Assembly (NCBI GenBank): GCA_018240265.1
Contig: JAFEGC010000001.1
Span: 1-39,918, forward strand
Direction of reading: 5' to 3'
Source of the DNA: Pseudomonadota bacterium
Lineage (GTDB): Bacteria > Pseudomonadota > Gammaproteobacteria > Steroidobacterales > Steroidobacteraceae
DNA length: 39,918 nucleotides
Under the pieces are notes generated by a model that saw nothing but the letters and a program-made list of their open reading frames with translations, had not been told where the DNA came from and did not search any database. This document shows, piece by piece, positions 26,110 to 35,864 of this stretch. Each line of letters starts with the position of its first letter. Position 1 is the stretch's first letter. A program made the position numbers and the translations under genes.

Positions 26110-28134
26110 TCAAGTTTCGCTCGTGCCGGTGGCGATCGTGCGGCCGGAACGCGGCAGCGCGCGGCGTACGCTGGTCGACACCGCCTGCAGGCTTACGCTG
26201 GAAATCCTGACCAGATCGCGTCCCTGGCTCTTGGCCTCGTACAGCGCCACATCCGCCTGCGCGATGATGAGGTCCAGCGACACAAGGCCGTTGTCGTTGC
26301 TGGCAAGACCCGCGCTGAAACTCACGTGCGCCGATTCGGGAGCGTCGGGGAGCTTGATCTGCAGCGCCGCCGCGCGTAGCCGCTCGATGCTCAGGAGAGC
26401 CACATCCAGTGTCAGGTCCGGCAGCACGACGATGAATTCCTCACCGCCCCAGCGACCGAGAAAATCCGTGGAGCGCAGCAGTTCGCGTCCCAGGCGCGCG
26501 AACTCCTTCAGCACCAGGTCGCCGGCCGCGTGGCCATAGCGGTCATTGATGGCCTTGAAGTGATCGAGGTCGATGAGGCCGACGGCAAGCGGCCGGTGCT
26601 GATGCGCCGCCGCCACCAGCGCCTGCGTGGCCACTTCCACACTGCGGCGGCGGTTGGGCAGGCCGGTCAGTCCATCGTGGCTGGCCAGGTTCACCAACTG
26701 GCGCCGATGGCGGTAGCCGGCGATCAGGATGTAGATCAACATCGCAATGACTGCGACACCAGCCAGTATCGCGGCAATGGTCCAGCGCAGCTGTTCGGTG
26801 CGGCGCGAGACGCGCTCTTTTTCCAGCGCCAGCTCGTTGGTCAGGCGCAGATTGCGATCCACTTCCAGGTCAGTGTCGAAACGCGCGCGCAGCGCCGCGG
26901 TCTGGCGGATGCGCTCCGCGTCGGCCTCGTGCGAATTGCGTTGCGCATACTCGCTCAAGTCCACAAAGGCTTCCTGGTAGCGCCCCATCGCCGCCAGCGT
27001 GCGTGCGCGCTGCTCGAACAGCGCGGCAGCGCGGCGCGGCGGCATATCATCACCGTTGTCGCGCAGCAGATCGTCCAGCACCGGCAGCGCGCGCGCCGCG
27101 CGGCCCTGCGCCAGGTCGATCCGCGCCAGGCTCGCCAGCGCCTCCTGTTCCACGTCATGGGACTGGGCGGCGACGAACGCGCCAAGGGCAGCGCGGCAAT
27201 GGGTGCGGGCTAGGGCCCACTGCTTCAGGCCGATGCGCGCCTGGCAGTTGCGCAGGTCGGCGAAGGCTACGCCCTGCCGGTCATCGATGTCCTGGCTGAT
27301 GCGACGCGCCGCTTCGAACTGTTTCAGCGCGGGCTCGTACCGGCCGGTACTGCGCAGGATTTCCCCGCGCATGAACAACGCCACCGACAAGTCGATGGAC
27401 TGGTGATGCGTCTCGGCCCAGTCGATCACCTCCTGGTTGAACGACAGCGCCTGGTCCAGCTCACCGGAATTGCGGAACACATGCGACAACCCCTCGGCCG
27501 CCAGCACCCGCTGCTGGTGCCAGCCATGTCGGGTCGCCAGTCGATAGGCGGCGGTGAGATTCTGCATGGCAAGATCGTCGCGATCCTGCCGATACTGCAG
27601 CACGCCCAGCGTGATCTGCAGGCAGACGTAGGGCATGGAGCCCGCGGCGACGCTGGCACGGGCCGTGTCGATCATGGACGTGGCATCCTTCAATCCCGCC
27701 ACGTCGTACACATTGGAAGCCAGCACGCTGAGCAGATCGATGCGTACGTTGTCCGTCACGCGGGATGCATGCTTCAACCCTTCAGCGGCGGCCGCACGCG
27801 CCGCGCGGTCCAGTTCCAGCGCTTCGTTGGCATCGGCCAGCACCGCATACAAACCCGCCAGACGATTGGGGTCGGTATGCGGCAGGCTCCGCTCCGCTTC
27901 CAGCGTGGCCTCGAGCACCTTGACCGCCTTGGCGGGCTCGGCCCTGGACATGGCCTGGAGCGGTGCCAGCGCTGGGTCGCCCATTTCCAGGCAGGCCGCT
28001 TGCAAGGCGCCCGTGGGTACGAGCACAAGCCCCAGCAGCCAGCCCGCGATCAAACGCAGCCCAGCGCCAGGCTTCAGCGTACGGCAGCCACGTTGATTCA
28101 TAGTCTGACGAGCATAGCTGCTGGTCGGGCGCAT
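26110..28134 (-). CDS. Sensor diguanylate cyclase: signal peptide, TPR-like periplasmic region, TM segment, GGDEF domain with I-site
   Basis: C-terminal segment DGLTGLPNRR...DLDHFKAINDRYGHAAGD...RSTDFLGRWGGEEF contains RxxD five residues before GGEEF. TM helix WTIAAILAGVAVIAMLIYILIAGY. Start is ATG 28134 (GGTGG 6 nt upstream) or ATG 28101. Confidence 0.87.
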   Translation of the reverse strand: MRPTSSYARQTMNQRGCRTLKPGAGLRLIAGWLLGLVLVPTGALQAACLEMGDPALAPLQAMSRAEPAKAVKVLEATLEAERSLPHTDPNRLAGLYAVLADANEALELDRAARAAAAEGLKHASRVTDNVRIDLLSVLASNVYDVAGLKDATSMIDTARASVAAGSMPYVCLQITLGVLQYRQDRDDLAMQNLTAAYRLATRHGWHQQRVLAAEGLSHVFRNSGELDQALSFNQEVIDWAETHHQSIDLSVALFMRGEILRSTGRYEPALKQFEAARRISQDIDDRQGVAFADLRNCQARIGLKQWALARTHCRAALGAFVAAQSHDVEQEALASLARIDLAQGRAARALPVLDDLLRDNGDDMPPRRAAALFEQRARTLAAMGRYQEAFVDLSEYAQRNSHEADAERIRQTAALRARFDTDLEVDRNLRLTNELALEKERVSRRTEQLRWTIAAILAGVAVIAMLIYILIAGYRHRRQLVNLASHDGLTGLPNRRRSVEVATQALVAAAHQHRPLAVGLIDLDHFKAINDRYGHAAGDLVLKEFARLGRELLRSTDFLGRWGGEEFIVVLPDLTLDVALLSIERLRAAALQIKLPDAPESAHVSFSAGLASNDNGLVSLDLIIAQADVALYEAKSQGRDLVRISSVSLQAVSTSVRRALPRSGRTIATGTSET

Positions 28135-28307
28135 CGGTCCCCACCGCGTCACGTTTTCGCACTGCAACGTAAAGGCGCGGGCCCCGAATCGCCAGGCGCA
28201 GGAGCCCGGAGAAACGCTGGCAGCGCCCGGGGCGGCGGCGACAACCTGATGCAGTGCTATACTACCGCTCACTTCGAAGCCCGCCCTGCAATGCTCCCGG
28301 AGGTCCC

Positions 28308-28976
28308 ATGCACCAACCGCAACTCATCGCGCCGCTGATGCTGGTATTGCTGGGGCTGGCGGCTTGCTCGCACGATGGTAACGGCAATGGCACGCAACGG
28401 GTCAACGGCTCGGTGCACTTGGTCGCCGGCGAGCCGAACGGCAACGCCGCAACGGTCAATGGCGCCATCAGCATCGACGACAAGGCAAGCTTCGGTTCCG
28501 CCGACTCGATCAACGGCGACATCTGGGTGGGGGCCGGCGCGAGTGGAACCTCGGCCAAGACCGTCAATGGCGGCATCACCCTGGACAAGGGCGCTCGCCT
28601 GAGCGGTGAGGTGACCTCGGTCAACGGCAACCTCACCCTCAACGACGGCGCCGAGGCCAAGGCGGTATCCAGCATCAACGGCACCATCATCATCAACGAT
28701 GCCGTGGTCAATCAGGATATCGCCACGGTGGACGGCGACATCACCCTCAACGGTCATACACGCATCCAGGGCAACATCCGGGTGCACAATCTGCCCCCGG
28801 ACACCGTGCAAGCCGAGCGCCCACCGCCGGTCGTCATCATCGGCCCGGGCGCCACGGTGCAGGGCAAGTTGCGGTTCGAGCATAGCGCCAAGCTGTACGT
28901 GAGCGACAAGGCCACCGTTGGCCCGATCGAGGGCGCCACGCCCATCACCTTCAGCGGGGACAAACCGTTACTGTGA
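28308..28976 (+). CDS. Lipoprotein built of ~7 degenerate 'xVNGxI' beta-helix-type repeats (bactofilin/DUF4097-like)
   Basis: GGAGG lies 4 nt before ATG 28308. Lipobox LVLLGLAAC. The repeats are VNGSV, VNGAI, INGDI, VNGGI, VNGNL, INGTI and VDGDI, spaced about 17-20 aa apart. Confidence 0.8.
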   Translation: MHQPQLIAPLMLVLLGLAACSHDGNGNGTQRVNGSVHLVAGEPNGNAATVNGAISIDDKASFGSADSINGDIWVGAGASGTSAKTVNGGITLDKGARLSGEVTSVNGNLTLNDGAEAKAVSSINGTIIINDAVVNQDIATVDGDITLNGHTRIQGNIRVHNLPPDTVQAERPPPVVIIGPGATVQGKLRFEHSAKLYVSDKATVGPIEGATPITFSGDKPLL

Positions 28977-28989
28977 CCTTCGCCCGCTG

Positions 28990-31251
28990 ATGCGGCCTTT
29001 CCTTCGATGCGGGCTGGCCGCTGCCCTGTCTGTGCTATGGTTTGGCGCCACCGCATGCGCCGCCGTGCGCATCGTCACGGGCCCGACGCCGATTCCTCGC
29101 GGCAATGCCACCTCGCCCCACGACCTCACCGTCATCAACGACAAGCTGGCCTTCGCCATCGCGGTGGAATCGCCCATGCCCTACGGCGTGCCGCGCGGCG
29201 GTATCGTGGACGTGGCGCCGGTGACGGCCCAGGGCATCGGGCGCGATCGCGTGGTGTTCGCCGATTTCATTCCCAACGACTGGGCCGCCTGGCCCAATAC
29301 CTATCAGCGCGTGCGCATCGTACGCAACGATGAGCGGCTGGTACACATCCGCTCCGAGCGCGACTGGGGCAAGGTACGCATCAGCACCGACTACACGCTC
29401 GCCGCCGGCGCCGACACCATCGACATCGCCACCACCATGACCAACGAGGGCGCAACGCTCGCGGATCTGAAGTCGGGTCTCACCCTGTGGCCGAACTCGG
29501 GCTATTTCTTTCAAGTGCCGGGCCTTGGCAGCTTGCAGGTGGGCCGCGCCGAGGCGGCGCTGGCCAAGCGCGTCAGCGCATACGATGAGGATTGGAGCAT
29601 CACGCTGCACGCGCCCTACCTCGACAACATCGACGCCTCGGGTCGCGACCTGCTCCAACTGCATACGCTCAGGGCCGGCGAGAGCCGGCGCTTCGAAGCG
29701 CACTTGCAGGTAGGCTCACGCGGTGACCTCGCGCCAGTGTTGGCGGCGCAGATCGCGCGCGAGCACCTGCCCGCGGGCTCCATCCGCGGCCGGGTACGCA
29801 CGCACGCCGGGGAGCCGCTGGCCGCACCGGTGGTGCTGGTGGAAAAAGCCGGCGTGCTGTACGGGTGGATCGCCGGCAACGACGGTTCGTTCGAAGCGCA
29901 ACTACCCGCCGGGGCTTACCGGCTCTACGCCACCGCCAAGGGCTATTCGCAGGGCCGCGGCATCGATGTGAAGGTCGAGCCCGGCTCCACCACCACGCTG
30001 AATTTCGATGATCTGCAGCCGCCGGCGCGGCTGGCGCTGCAAGTGCGCGATGCCCGCAACGGCCGGCCGCTGGATGCGCGCATCAGCATCGAATCCGGGC
30101 AGCGCAATGCGGTGGGCTATCTCGGCCGGCCGGTGTTCTTCACCGAGCTGGACGCGGTGGGCGATGCGGATCTCACGTTGGCGCCGGGTCACTACGGGCT
30201 GCGCGTTTCATCGGGCGGAGGTTTCACCACGCCCTCGCGTCTGGTGGAACTCGATCTCGCCCCTGGCGGGCGGAGCAAGATGCGCGTGGAACTCACGCCC
30301 GAATTCGAGCCGCGTGCCGGCGGCTGGTTCGGCGCCGACTTGCATCATCACGCCGACCAGGCCGAAGCCGTCACGCCACCGGAATTCCTGGCGCGCTCGC
30401 AACTGGCCGCGGGCCTGGACCTGCTGTTCGTCAGCGATCACGACTCCGCCGTCAATCATGCGCCGCTCCAGCTCATCGCCGCGCGGCGCGGCCTGCCCTT
30501 CATCCCCGGCATGGAGCTATCGCCCTCATGGGGCCACTTCAACGCCTACCCGTTGAAGTTGGGCGAACCCCTGCGCATCGACACCGGCACGGCCACCGCG
30601 CATGAGATCCTCGCGGAGGGTCGCCGACTGGGCGCCATCGCCATCCAGGCCAATCATCCCTTCATCACCTATGGCTACTACACCAGCGCCGCCGCCGGCA
30701 CGGTTCCCGGCGGCTTCGATCCCGGCATCGATTTGCTGGAAATCAACGCCTCGGAACCCGGCGAGGACAAGGTGGCGGCGCAGCTTTGGCAGTACTGGAA
30801 CGAGGGACGCCGGATATTTTTCACCGCCGGCACTGACACGCATGACGTGTGGGAAGCCGAGTCCGGCCGGGTGCGTGTGTTCGCGCACGTGGAAGGCGCG
30901 CTCGATACGGCCGCGTTCGTGCGCGCGCTGAAGGACGGCCACGCCTACGTCAGCTACGGTCCGCTGCTACGGCCCTCGATTGCCTTCGGCGACACGCTGC
31001 GCCTGGCGCCCGGCGCCACCGGCACCTGGAGCGTGGAATTCCAATCCGTCGCCGGACTGCGCCGGGCACAGCTCATCGGCGGCGGCAAGGTCATCGAGAC
31101 CCATGAGCTCGCCGGCGCGCCGCATGCCTGGCGCGGCGATTTTCTCATCGACACGCACAAGGCCGAACCCTGGTACGCGGTGGTGGCCGAGGACGTCGGC
31201 GGCAGGAAGGCCTGGTCCGATCCGCTGCGCGTGGAAACGCTGGCGCGTTGA
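28990..31251 (+). CDS. Exported PHP-domain metallohydrolase (CehA/McbA-like) with a carboxypeptidase-regulatory-like domain
   Basis: ATG 28990 (MRPFLRCGLAAALSVLWFGATACAAV signal). Central segment GSIRGRVRTHAGEPLAAPVVLVE...GSFEAQLPAGAYRLYATAKGY. PHP-type His/Asp motifs: GADLHHHADQ, LFVSDHDS, GMELSPSWGHFNAY, ANHPF, TAGTDTHD. Confidence 0.85.
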   Translation: MRPFLRCGLAAALSVLWFGATACAAVRIVTGPTPIPRGNATSPHDLTVINDKLAFAIAVESPMPYGVPRGGIVDVAPVTAQGIGRDRVVFADFIPNDWAAWPNTYQRVRIVRNDERLVHIRSERDWGKVRISTDYTLAAGADTIDIATTMTNEGATLADLKSGLTLWPNSGYFFQVPGLGSLQVGRAEAALAKRVSAYDEDWSITLHAPYLDNIDASGRDLLQLHTLRAGESRRFEAHLQVGSRGDLAPVLAAQIAREHLPAGSIRGRVRTHAGEPLAAPVVLVEKAGVLYGWIAGNDGSFEAQLPAGAYRLYATAKGYSQGRGIDVKVEPGSTTTLNFDDLQPPARLALQVRDARNGRPLDARISIESGQRNAVGYLGRPVFFTELDAVGDADLTLAPGHYGLRVSSGGGFTTPSRLVELDLAPGGRSKMRVELTPEFEPRAGGWFGADLHHHADQAEAVTPPEFLARSQLAAGLDLLFVSDHDSAVNHAPLQLIAARRGLPFIPGMELSPSWGHFNAYPLKLGEPLRIDTGTATAHEILAEGRRLGAIAIQANHPFITYGYYTSAAAGTVPGGFDPGIDLLEINASEPGEDKVAAQLWQYWNEGRRIFFTAGTDTHDVWEAESGRVRVFAHVEGALDTAAFVRALKDGHAYVSYGPLLRPSIAFGDTLRLAPGATGTWSVEFQSVAGLRRAQLIGGGKVIETHELAGAPHAWRGDFLIDTHKAEPWYAVVAEDVGGRKAWSDPLRVETLAR

Positions 31252-31290
31252 GCCGCGGTATGATGGCCGTCCCATGAGCGACACCCGACC

Positions 31291-31545
31291 ATGAGCAAAG
31301 AAAAGATTCGCGACCTGCTGGGCCAATTGCGGCTCGAACTCAAATCCACCGACGTGGACCCGGCCACGTTATCCCTGCTGCAGGAACTCGACACTTCGCT
31401 GTCGGGCGGCGCGGATCAACCGACCGCGCACCCCACGCTGGTCGATCGCGTGCGCGCGCTGGACGTGCGCTTCGCCGCGCGCCACGAGCGCGCCGAGACG
31501 CTGCTGCGGCAGGTGGTGGATTTGCTGGGGAAGATCGGGGTGTAG
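31291..31545 (+). CDS. DUF4404-family small protein
   Basis: 84 aa. The N-terminal helical segment MSKEKIRDLLGQLRLELKST and the C-terminal ...FAARHERAETLLRQVVDLLGKIGV match my memory of the DUF4404 pattern. No SD was seen. Confidence 0.65.
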   Translation: MSKEKIRDLLGQLRLELKSTDVDPATLSLLQELDTSLSGGADQPTAHPTLVDRVRALDVRFAARHERAETLLRQVVDLLGKIGV

Positions 31546-31546
31546 G

Positions 31547-32188
31547 CTAGCCGCTCGAGCCGCCCGACCTTACCCTCAACCCCCTCGCCACCCCATACAC
31601 CTCACGCGAGCGCGCGCGCGAGGCCGCGGGCTTGCGCACCGCGAGGCGCGTGAACGCCTGGCGCAGCTGTTTGAGATAGGCTTCCGAGCCTTCGCCCTGG
31701 AATATCTTGACCACGAAGTCGCCGCCGACTTTGAGCACCCGCTGCGTGAGGTCGAGCGCCAGCTCCGCCAGGTAAATCGAGCCGGCCTGATCGGCCGAGT
31801 TCACGCCGCTGATGTTGGGCGCCATGTCGCACAGCACGACATCGGCGGGCTGCAATGACAAACGTTGGAGGATTTCGTCGAACACCGCCTGCTCGGTGAA
31901 ATCTCCCTGCACGAATTCCACATTGCGCAGCGCTTCCATGGGCAGGATGTCGGTGGCGATGACCCCGCCCTTCTCGCCGACGATCTTGCCGGCCACCTGC
32001 GACCATCCGCCCGGCGCCGAACCCAGGTCCACCACGCGCATGCCCGACCGCAGCAGCCGGTCGCGTTCGTTCAGCTGGATGAGCTTGTAGGCCGAGCGCG
32101 AGCGATAGCCTTCCTTCTGCGCCTGTTTGACGTAAGGGTCGTTGACGTGTTCCTGCAGCCAGCGGCCGCTGGTCTTGGATCGGGCCAT
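31547..32188 (-). CDS. rlmE: 23S rRNA (uridine2552-2'-O)-methyltransferase RlmE/FtsJ
   Basis: ATG 32188. [46 protein letters not shown]...[14 protein letters not shown] aligns closely with E. coli RlmE. Confidence 0.93.
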   Translation of the reverse strand: MARSKTSGRWLQEHVNDPYVKQAQKEGYRSRSAYKLIQLNERDRLLRSGMRVVDLGSAPGGWSQVAGKIVGEKGGVIATDILPMEALRNVEFVQGDFTEQAVFDEILQRLSLQPADVVLCDMAPNISGVNSADQAGSIYLAELALDLTQRVLKVGGDFVVKIFQGEGSEAYLKQLRQAFTRLAVRKPAASRARSREVYGVARGLRVRSGGSSG

Positions 32189-32246
32189 GTAGAATTGTAG
32201 CGCCAACCCATCATTCCTCTGCCGGGAAAACGGCCAGGAGTCGATT

Positions 32247-33869
32247 TTGATACGCCTTTCCGCGTTGTCGCTGCCACTCGATCATCCACCGCAGGCGTTG
32301 CGCGCCGCCATCGTCCGGCGCTTGGGGCTCCGGGACTCGGACCTGCTGGATTACACGGTATTCAAGCGCAGCCACGATGCCCGCCGCCACGGCGCCATCG
32401 CCCTCGTGTACATCGTCGATGCCGCGGTCCGCGACGAACCCGCGGTGCTCGCGCGCCACGCGCGCGATGCCAACATCCGTCCGGCCCCGGACATGGACTA
32501 CCGCCCGGTGGGACGCGCGCCCGCGGGCCTGCAAGAGCGGCCATTGGTGATCGGTCTCGGACCCTGCGGCCTGTTCGCCGCCCTGATCCTGGCGCAGGGT
32601 GGCTTCCGGCCCATCGTACTGGAGCGCGGGCGCGAGGTGCGCCGGCGCACCCAGGATACCTGGGCGCTGTGGCGCCGGCACATGCTCACGCCCGAGTCCA
32701 ACGTGCAGTTCGGCGAGGGCGGCGCGGGGCTGTTCTCCGACGGCAAGCTCTACAGTCAGATCAAGGATCCGAAGTTCTACGGCCGCAAGGTCATGCAAGA
32801 ATTCGTGCGAGCCGGCGCGCCCGAGGACATTTTGTATCTCGGCCGCCCGCACATCGGCACGTTTCGTCTCACCGGCGTGGTGGCGGCGATGCGCGAGCAG
32901 ATCATCGCCCTCGGCGGCGAGGTGCACTTCGAATCCCGTGTGACCGACTTGCTGATCGAGGCGGGCCAAATCCGCGGCGTGCGCTTGGCGGATGGCGAAG
33001 AACTGCCTAGCCGGCACGTGGTGCTGGCGCCCGGCCACAGCGCGCGCGATGTGTTCCGCATGCTGTTGGCCCGCGGCGTGCACCTGGAACCCAAGCCCTT
33101 CTCCCTCGGCTTTCGCATCGAGCATCCGCAATCGCAGATCGACCGCGCGCGCTTCGGGCCGCAGGCGGGACACCCGGAACTCGGCGCCGCCGACTACAAG
33201 CTGGTGCATCACGCGCGCAATGGCCGCGACGTGTACAGCTTCTGCATGTGTCCGGGCGGCACGGTGGTGGCGGCGACCTCGGAAGCCGGACGCGTGGTCA
33301 CCAACGGCATGAGCCAGTATTCACGCAATGAGCGCAATGCCAACGCGGCCATCGTGGTCGGCATCGACCCGCGGCGCGACTTTCCCGGCGGGCCGCTGGC
33401 GGGCGTGGAGCTACAGGAGCGCCTGGAAGCGCGTGCCTTCGAGCTGGGTGGCGGCGACTACTGCGCGCCGGCGCAACTCGTCGGCGATTTTCTGCGCGGC
33501 GTGCCCTCCCGTGCGCTGGGCGAGGTGCAGCCCTCCTACCAGCCCGGCGTCAAGCTCGGGGATCTGTCGCAGGCGCTGCCGCCGGACATCATCGAGGCAA
33601 TCCGCGAGGCCATCCCGGCGTTTGCGCGCCAGATCCGTGGCTTCGACCGCGGCGATGCCGTGCTCACCGGCGTCGAAACGCGCACCTCCTCCCCCTTGCG
33701 CATCAGCCGCGATCCCGACACCCTGCAAAGCCTGAACCTGCGCGGCCTGTATCCGGGCGGCGAAGGCGCGGGCTACGCCGGCGGCATTCTTTCCGCCGGT
33801 GTGGATGGCATCCGCTTGGCCGAAAGCGTGATTCGAGACCTGTTGAAGAAGGAGGCAGGCGCGGCATGA
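32247..33869 (+). CDS. FAD-dependent oxidoreductase of the COG2509 family (uncharacterised)
   Basis: TTG start 32247 with AGGAG 6 nt upstream. Dinucleotide-binding segment [33 protein letters not shown] and a C-terminal [10 protein letters not shown] are typical of this family. Confidence 0.87.
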   Translation: MIRLSALSLPLDHPPQALRAAIVRRLGLRDSDLLDYTVFKRSHDARRHGAIALVYIVDAAVRDEPAVLARHARDANIRPAPDMDYRPVGRAPAGLQERPLVIGLGPCGLFAALILAQGGFRPIVLERGREVRRRTQDTWALWRRHMLTPESNVQFGEGGAGLFSDGKLYSQIKDPKFYGRKVMQEFVRAGAPEDILYLGRPHIGTFRLTGVVAAMREQIIALGGEVHFESRVTDLLIEAGQIRGVRLADGEELPSRHVVLAPGHSARDVFRMLLARGVHLEPKPFSLGFRIEHPQSQIDRARFGPQAGHPELGAADYKLVHHARNGRDVYSFCMCPGGTVVAATSEAGRVVTNGMSQYSRNERNANAAIVVGIDPRRDFPGGPLAGVELQERLEARAFELGGGDYCAPAQLVGDFLRGVPSRALGEVQPSYQPGVKLGDLSQALPPDIIEAIREAIPAFARQIRGFDRGDAVLTGVETRTSSPLRISRDPDTLQSLNLRGLYPGGEGAGYAGGILSAGVDGIRLAESVIRDLLKKEAGAA

Positions 33870-34588
33870 AACTCGATGAGCTCCGCAAGCTCCATGTGCG
33901 CAAGCACCGCGAGGCCGCGCAGCGTTTCCTGGTGGAAGGCGAACATCCGGTGCTGGAGTTGCAGAAGGCGGCGATGCTGCGCCCGGAGCTCGCCGGCACT
34001 GAACTGCTGGTCACGCGCGAGCATGCGAACTGGCGCAGTCCCTTCCCGGTGCACGTGATTTCGGCGCTGCAGATGGCGCGGCTGTCCGACACGCGTTCCC
34101 CGCAGGGCATCATCGCCGTCGCACCGCTCCTGCGACCGATCGCACCGCGGCGCGGTGAGCGCGCCGTGTACCTGCACGAGGTGGCGGACCCCGGGAACCT
34201 GGGCACCATCCTGCGCACCCTTGCCTGGTTCGGACGATTCCGCTGCCTGCTCAGTTCGGGCAGTGTCGATCCCTACAACTCCAAGGTGGTGCGCGCCAGT
34301 TCCGGCGCCATTTTCCACGTGCCCGTGGAAGAAGGAGTGGCATTGCCCGCGCTGGCGCAACGTTATCCGCGCATCGCCTGCCTGGATCTGAAGGGCGAAG
34401 GCATCGACTCACCCGGGTTTCGAGAGTGTGACGTTTACGTATTCGGCAACGAGGCGCGCGGCCTGCCACGCGCGGAGCTGGCGGAACTGAAAGCCCGATC
34501 GTTCACTATCCACGGCGGCGGCAGCATCGAATCGCTGAACCTCGCCGCCGCGCTGAACATGTGCGCGTATGAGTTGCATCGCGCGTGA
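33866..34588 (+). CDS. TrmH/SpoU-family RNA 2'-O-methyltransferase
   Basis: The ATG overlaps the upstream stop (ATGA), with GGAGG 10 nt upstream. SpoU motifs: LHEVADPGNLGTILRT, VFGNEARGL, IESLNLAAA. Confidence 0.87.
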   Translation: MKLDELRKLHVRKHREAAQRFLVEGEHPVLELQKAAMLRPELAGTELLVTREHANWRSPFPVHVISALQMARLSDTRSPQGIIAVAPLLRPIAPRRGERAVYLHEVADPGNLGTILRTLAWFGRFRCLLSSGSVDPYNSKVVRASSGAIFHVPVEEGVALPALAQRYPRIACLDLKGEGIDSPGFRECDVYVFGNEARGLPRAELAELKARSFTIHGGGSIESLNLAAALNMCAYELHRA

Positions 34589-34774
34589 ACGAGCCGGGCG
34601 GCCGGCACGCCAACGGCGCCCTACTCACCGCACCGGCGCTGCCTTGGCCGCAAAGAGCGATGAATCGCGGCGGCGAGCCGCACCTTCGGTGATTGAGTCG
34701 TAAGGGTGGCGCGCGTAAGCTCCCCGTGGGGTCGCACGGTCGGGATGTCCCGATCGGCAAAACGAGAACGAAAC

Positions 34775-35860
34775 ATGAGTCAACGACGACGCTTCCTGCA
34801 ACAGTCCTCCCTCGCCCTGTTCGGCGCCGCGGCGGCTTCAGCCGCTTCGCGTATGGCGCGCGGCGCCGGGAGCCCTCAAACCACGGCCGCGGCGGCGATC
34901 AAACACGACGGCCCCGTGCTGCGCTGGACACCGCGCCAGCAAGACCTGGTGTACACCTTCGGCGGCGCATCCGCGCGCCAGCGCATCGCGCCCGGCACGC
35001 GCATCATTTCCTGGAGCGAGGACTGCTTCGACGGCGCCATCAAGACTTCCGCCGACCTGCCTTCCAAGGTGCTCACGCCAGGTCGCGACAATCCGCAGAC
35101 CGGGCCGTTCCACATCGAGGGCGCCGAGCCCGGCGATACGCTGGCCATCCGGCTGCTCAGCATCGAGCCGGCGCGCGATTATGCGGTGTCTGCTTCGCTG
35201 CCGGGATTCGGCGCGCTGGTGGGCACTGACCAGACCGCCATGCTGGGCGCCTCGCTCCCGGAAGCTTCCTGGCGTTACGACGTGGATGCGAAACGGCGCG
35301 TGGCACGCACCACCTCGGGCGACGGCCGTCACGTGTGGGAAGTGCCGCTCGCGCCCTTCCTCGGCTGCATCGGCGTGGCGCCGGCCGGCGGCGAGGTACG
35401 TTCCACCATCGTGCCCGGCAATTTCGGCGGCAATCTGGATTGCACGGAAGTGCGCGCCGGCAATACCGTGTTCCTGGGCGTGAACATGCCCGGCGCGCTG
35501 TTCAGTTTCGGCGATGGGCATTACGCCATGGGCGATGGCGAGATCATGGGCGCCGCCATCGAAGGCGCGATGAACGTGGATCTCATCGTCGATCTGATCA
35601 AGGGCGTGAACACGCCCATCCCGCGCCTCGAGAATGCGCAGGAGGTGATGTTCATCGGTTCAGGACGGCCGCTGGAAGATGCGGCGCGCGTGGCCTACAA
35701 GGCCATGGTGGGCTGGGTGCGCGAACACACCGGTCTGTCCGAGCTCGATGCCTATCAGTTCGTGGCGCAGACGGTACGCGCACCCATCATCCAGCTCGTC
35801 GATCCCGAATACACGGTGCTGGTCAAGCTCGACAAGGGCCGGCTGCCGACCCAACGCTGA
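34775..35860 (+). CDS. Acetamidase/formamidase-family amidohydrolase with twin-arginine (Tat) signal
   Basis: ATG 34775. MSQRRRFLQQSSLALFGAAAASAAS is a Tat-type signal. FmdA/AmdA-type strings: GPFHIEGAEPGDTLAIRLLSIEP, NFGGNLDC, GDGHYAMGDGEI. Confidence 0.87.
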   Translation: MSQRRRFLQQSSLALFGAAAASAASRMARGAGSPQTTAAAAIKHDGPVLRWTPRQQDLVYTFGGASARQRIAPGTRIISWSEDCFDGAIKTSADLPSKVLTPGRDNPQTGPFHIEGAEPGDTLAIRLLSIEPARDYAVSASLPGFGALVGTDQTAMLGASLPEASWRYDVDAKRRVARTTSGDGRHVWEVPLAPFLGCIGVAPAGGEVRSTIVPGNFGGNLDCTEVRAGNTVFLGVNMPGALFSFGDGHYAMGDGEIMGAAIEGAMNVDLIVDLIKGVNTPIPRLENAQEVMFIGSGRPLEDAARVAYKAMVGWVREHTGLSELDAYQFVAQTVRAPIIQLVDPEYTVLVKLDKGRLPTQR

Positions 35861-35864
35861 CGCC

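Noticed and set aside
31543-31549. Convergent stop codons of DUF4404 and rlmE form the palindrome TAGGCTA with a 1-nt gap. In addition, rlmE is not followed by ftsH as in many Proteobacteria.
   Set aside because: The tail-to-tail packing is most likely coincidental and the synteny difference is a lineage variation. There is no sequence evidence for a specific function.
34589-34774. Long GC-rich leader before the Tat-amidase, considered as a riboswitch (guanidine/ykkC-type was considered).
   Set aside because: I could not match any riboswitch consensus by eye. Only short, trivially small palindromes are present, so a covariance-model scan is needed before any claim.
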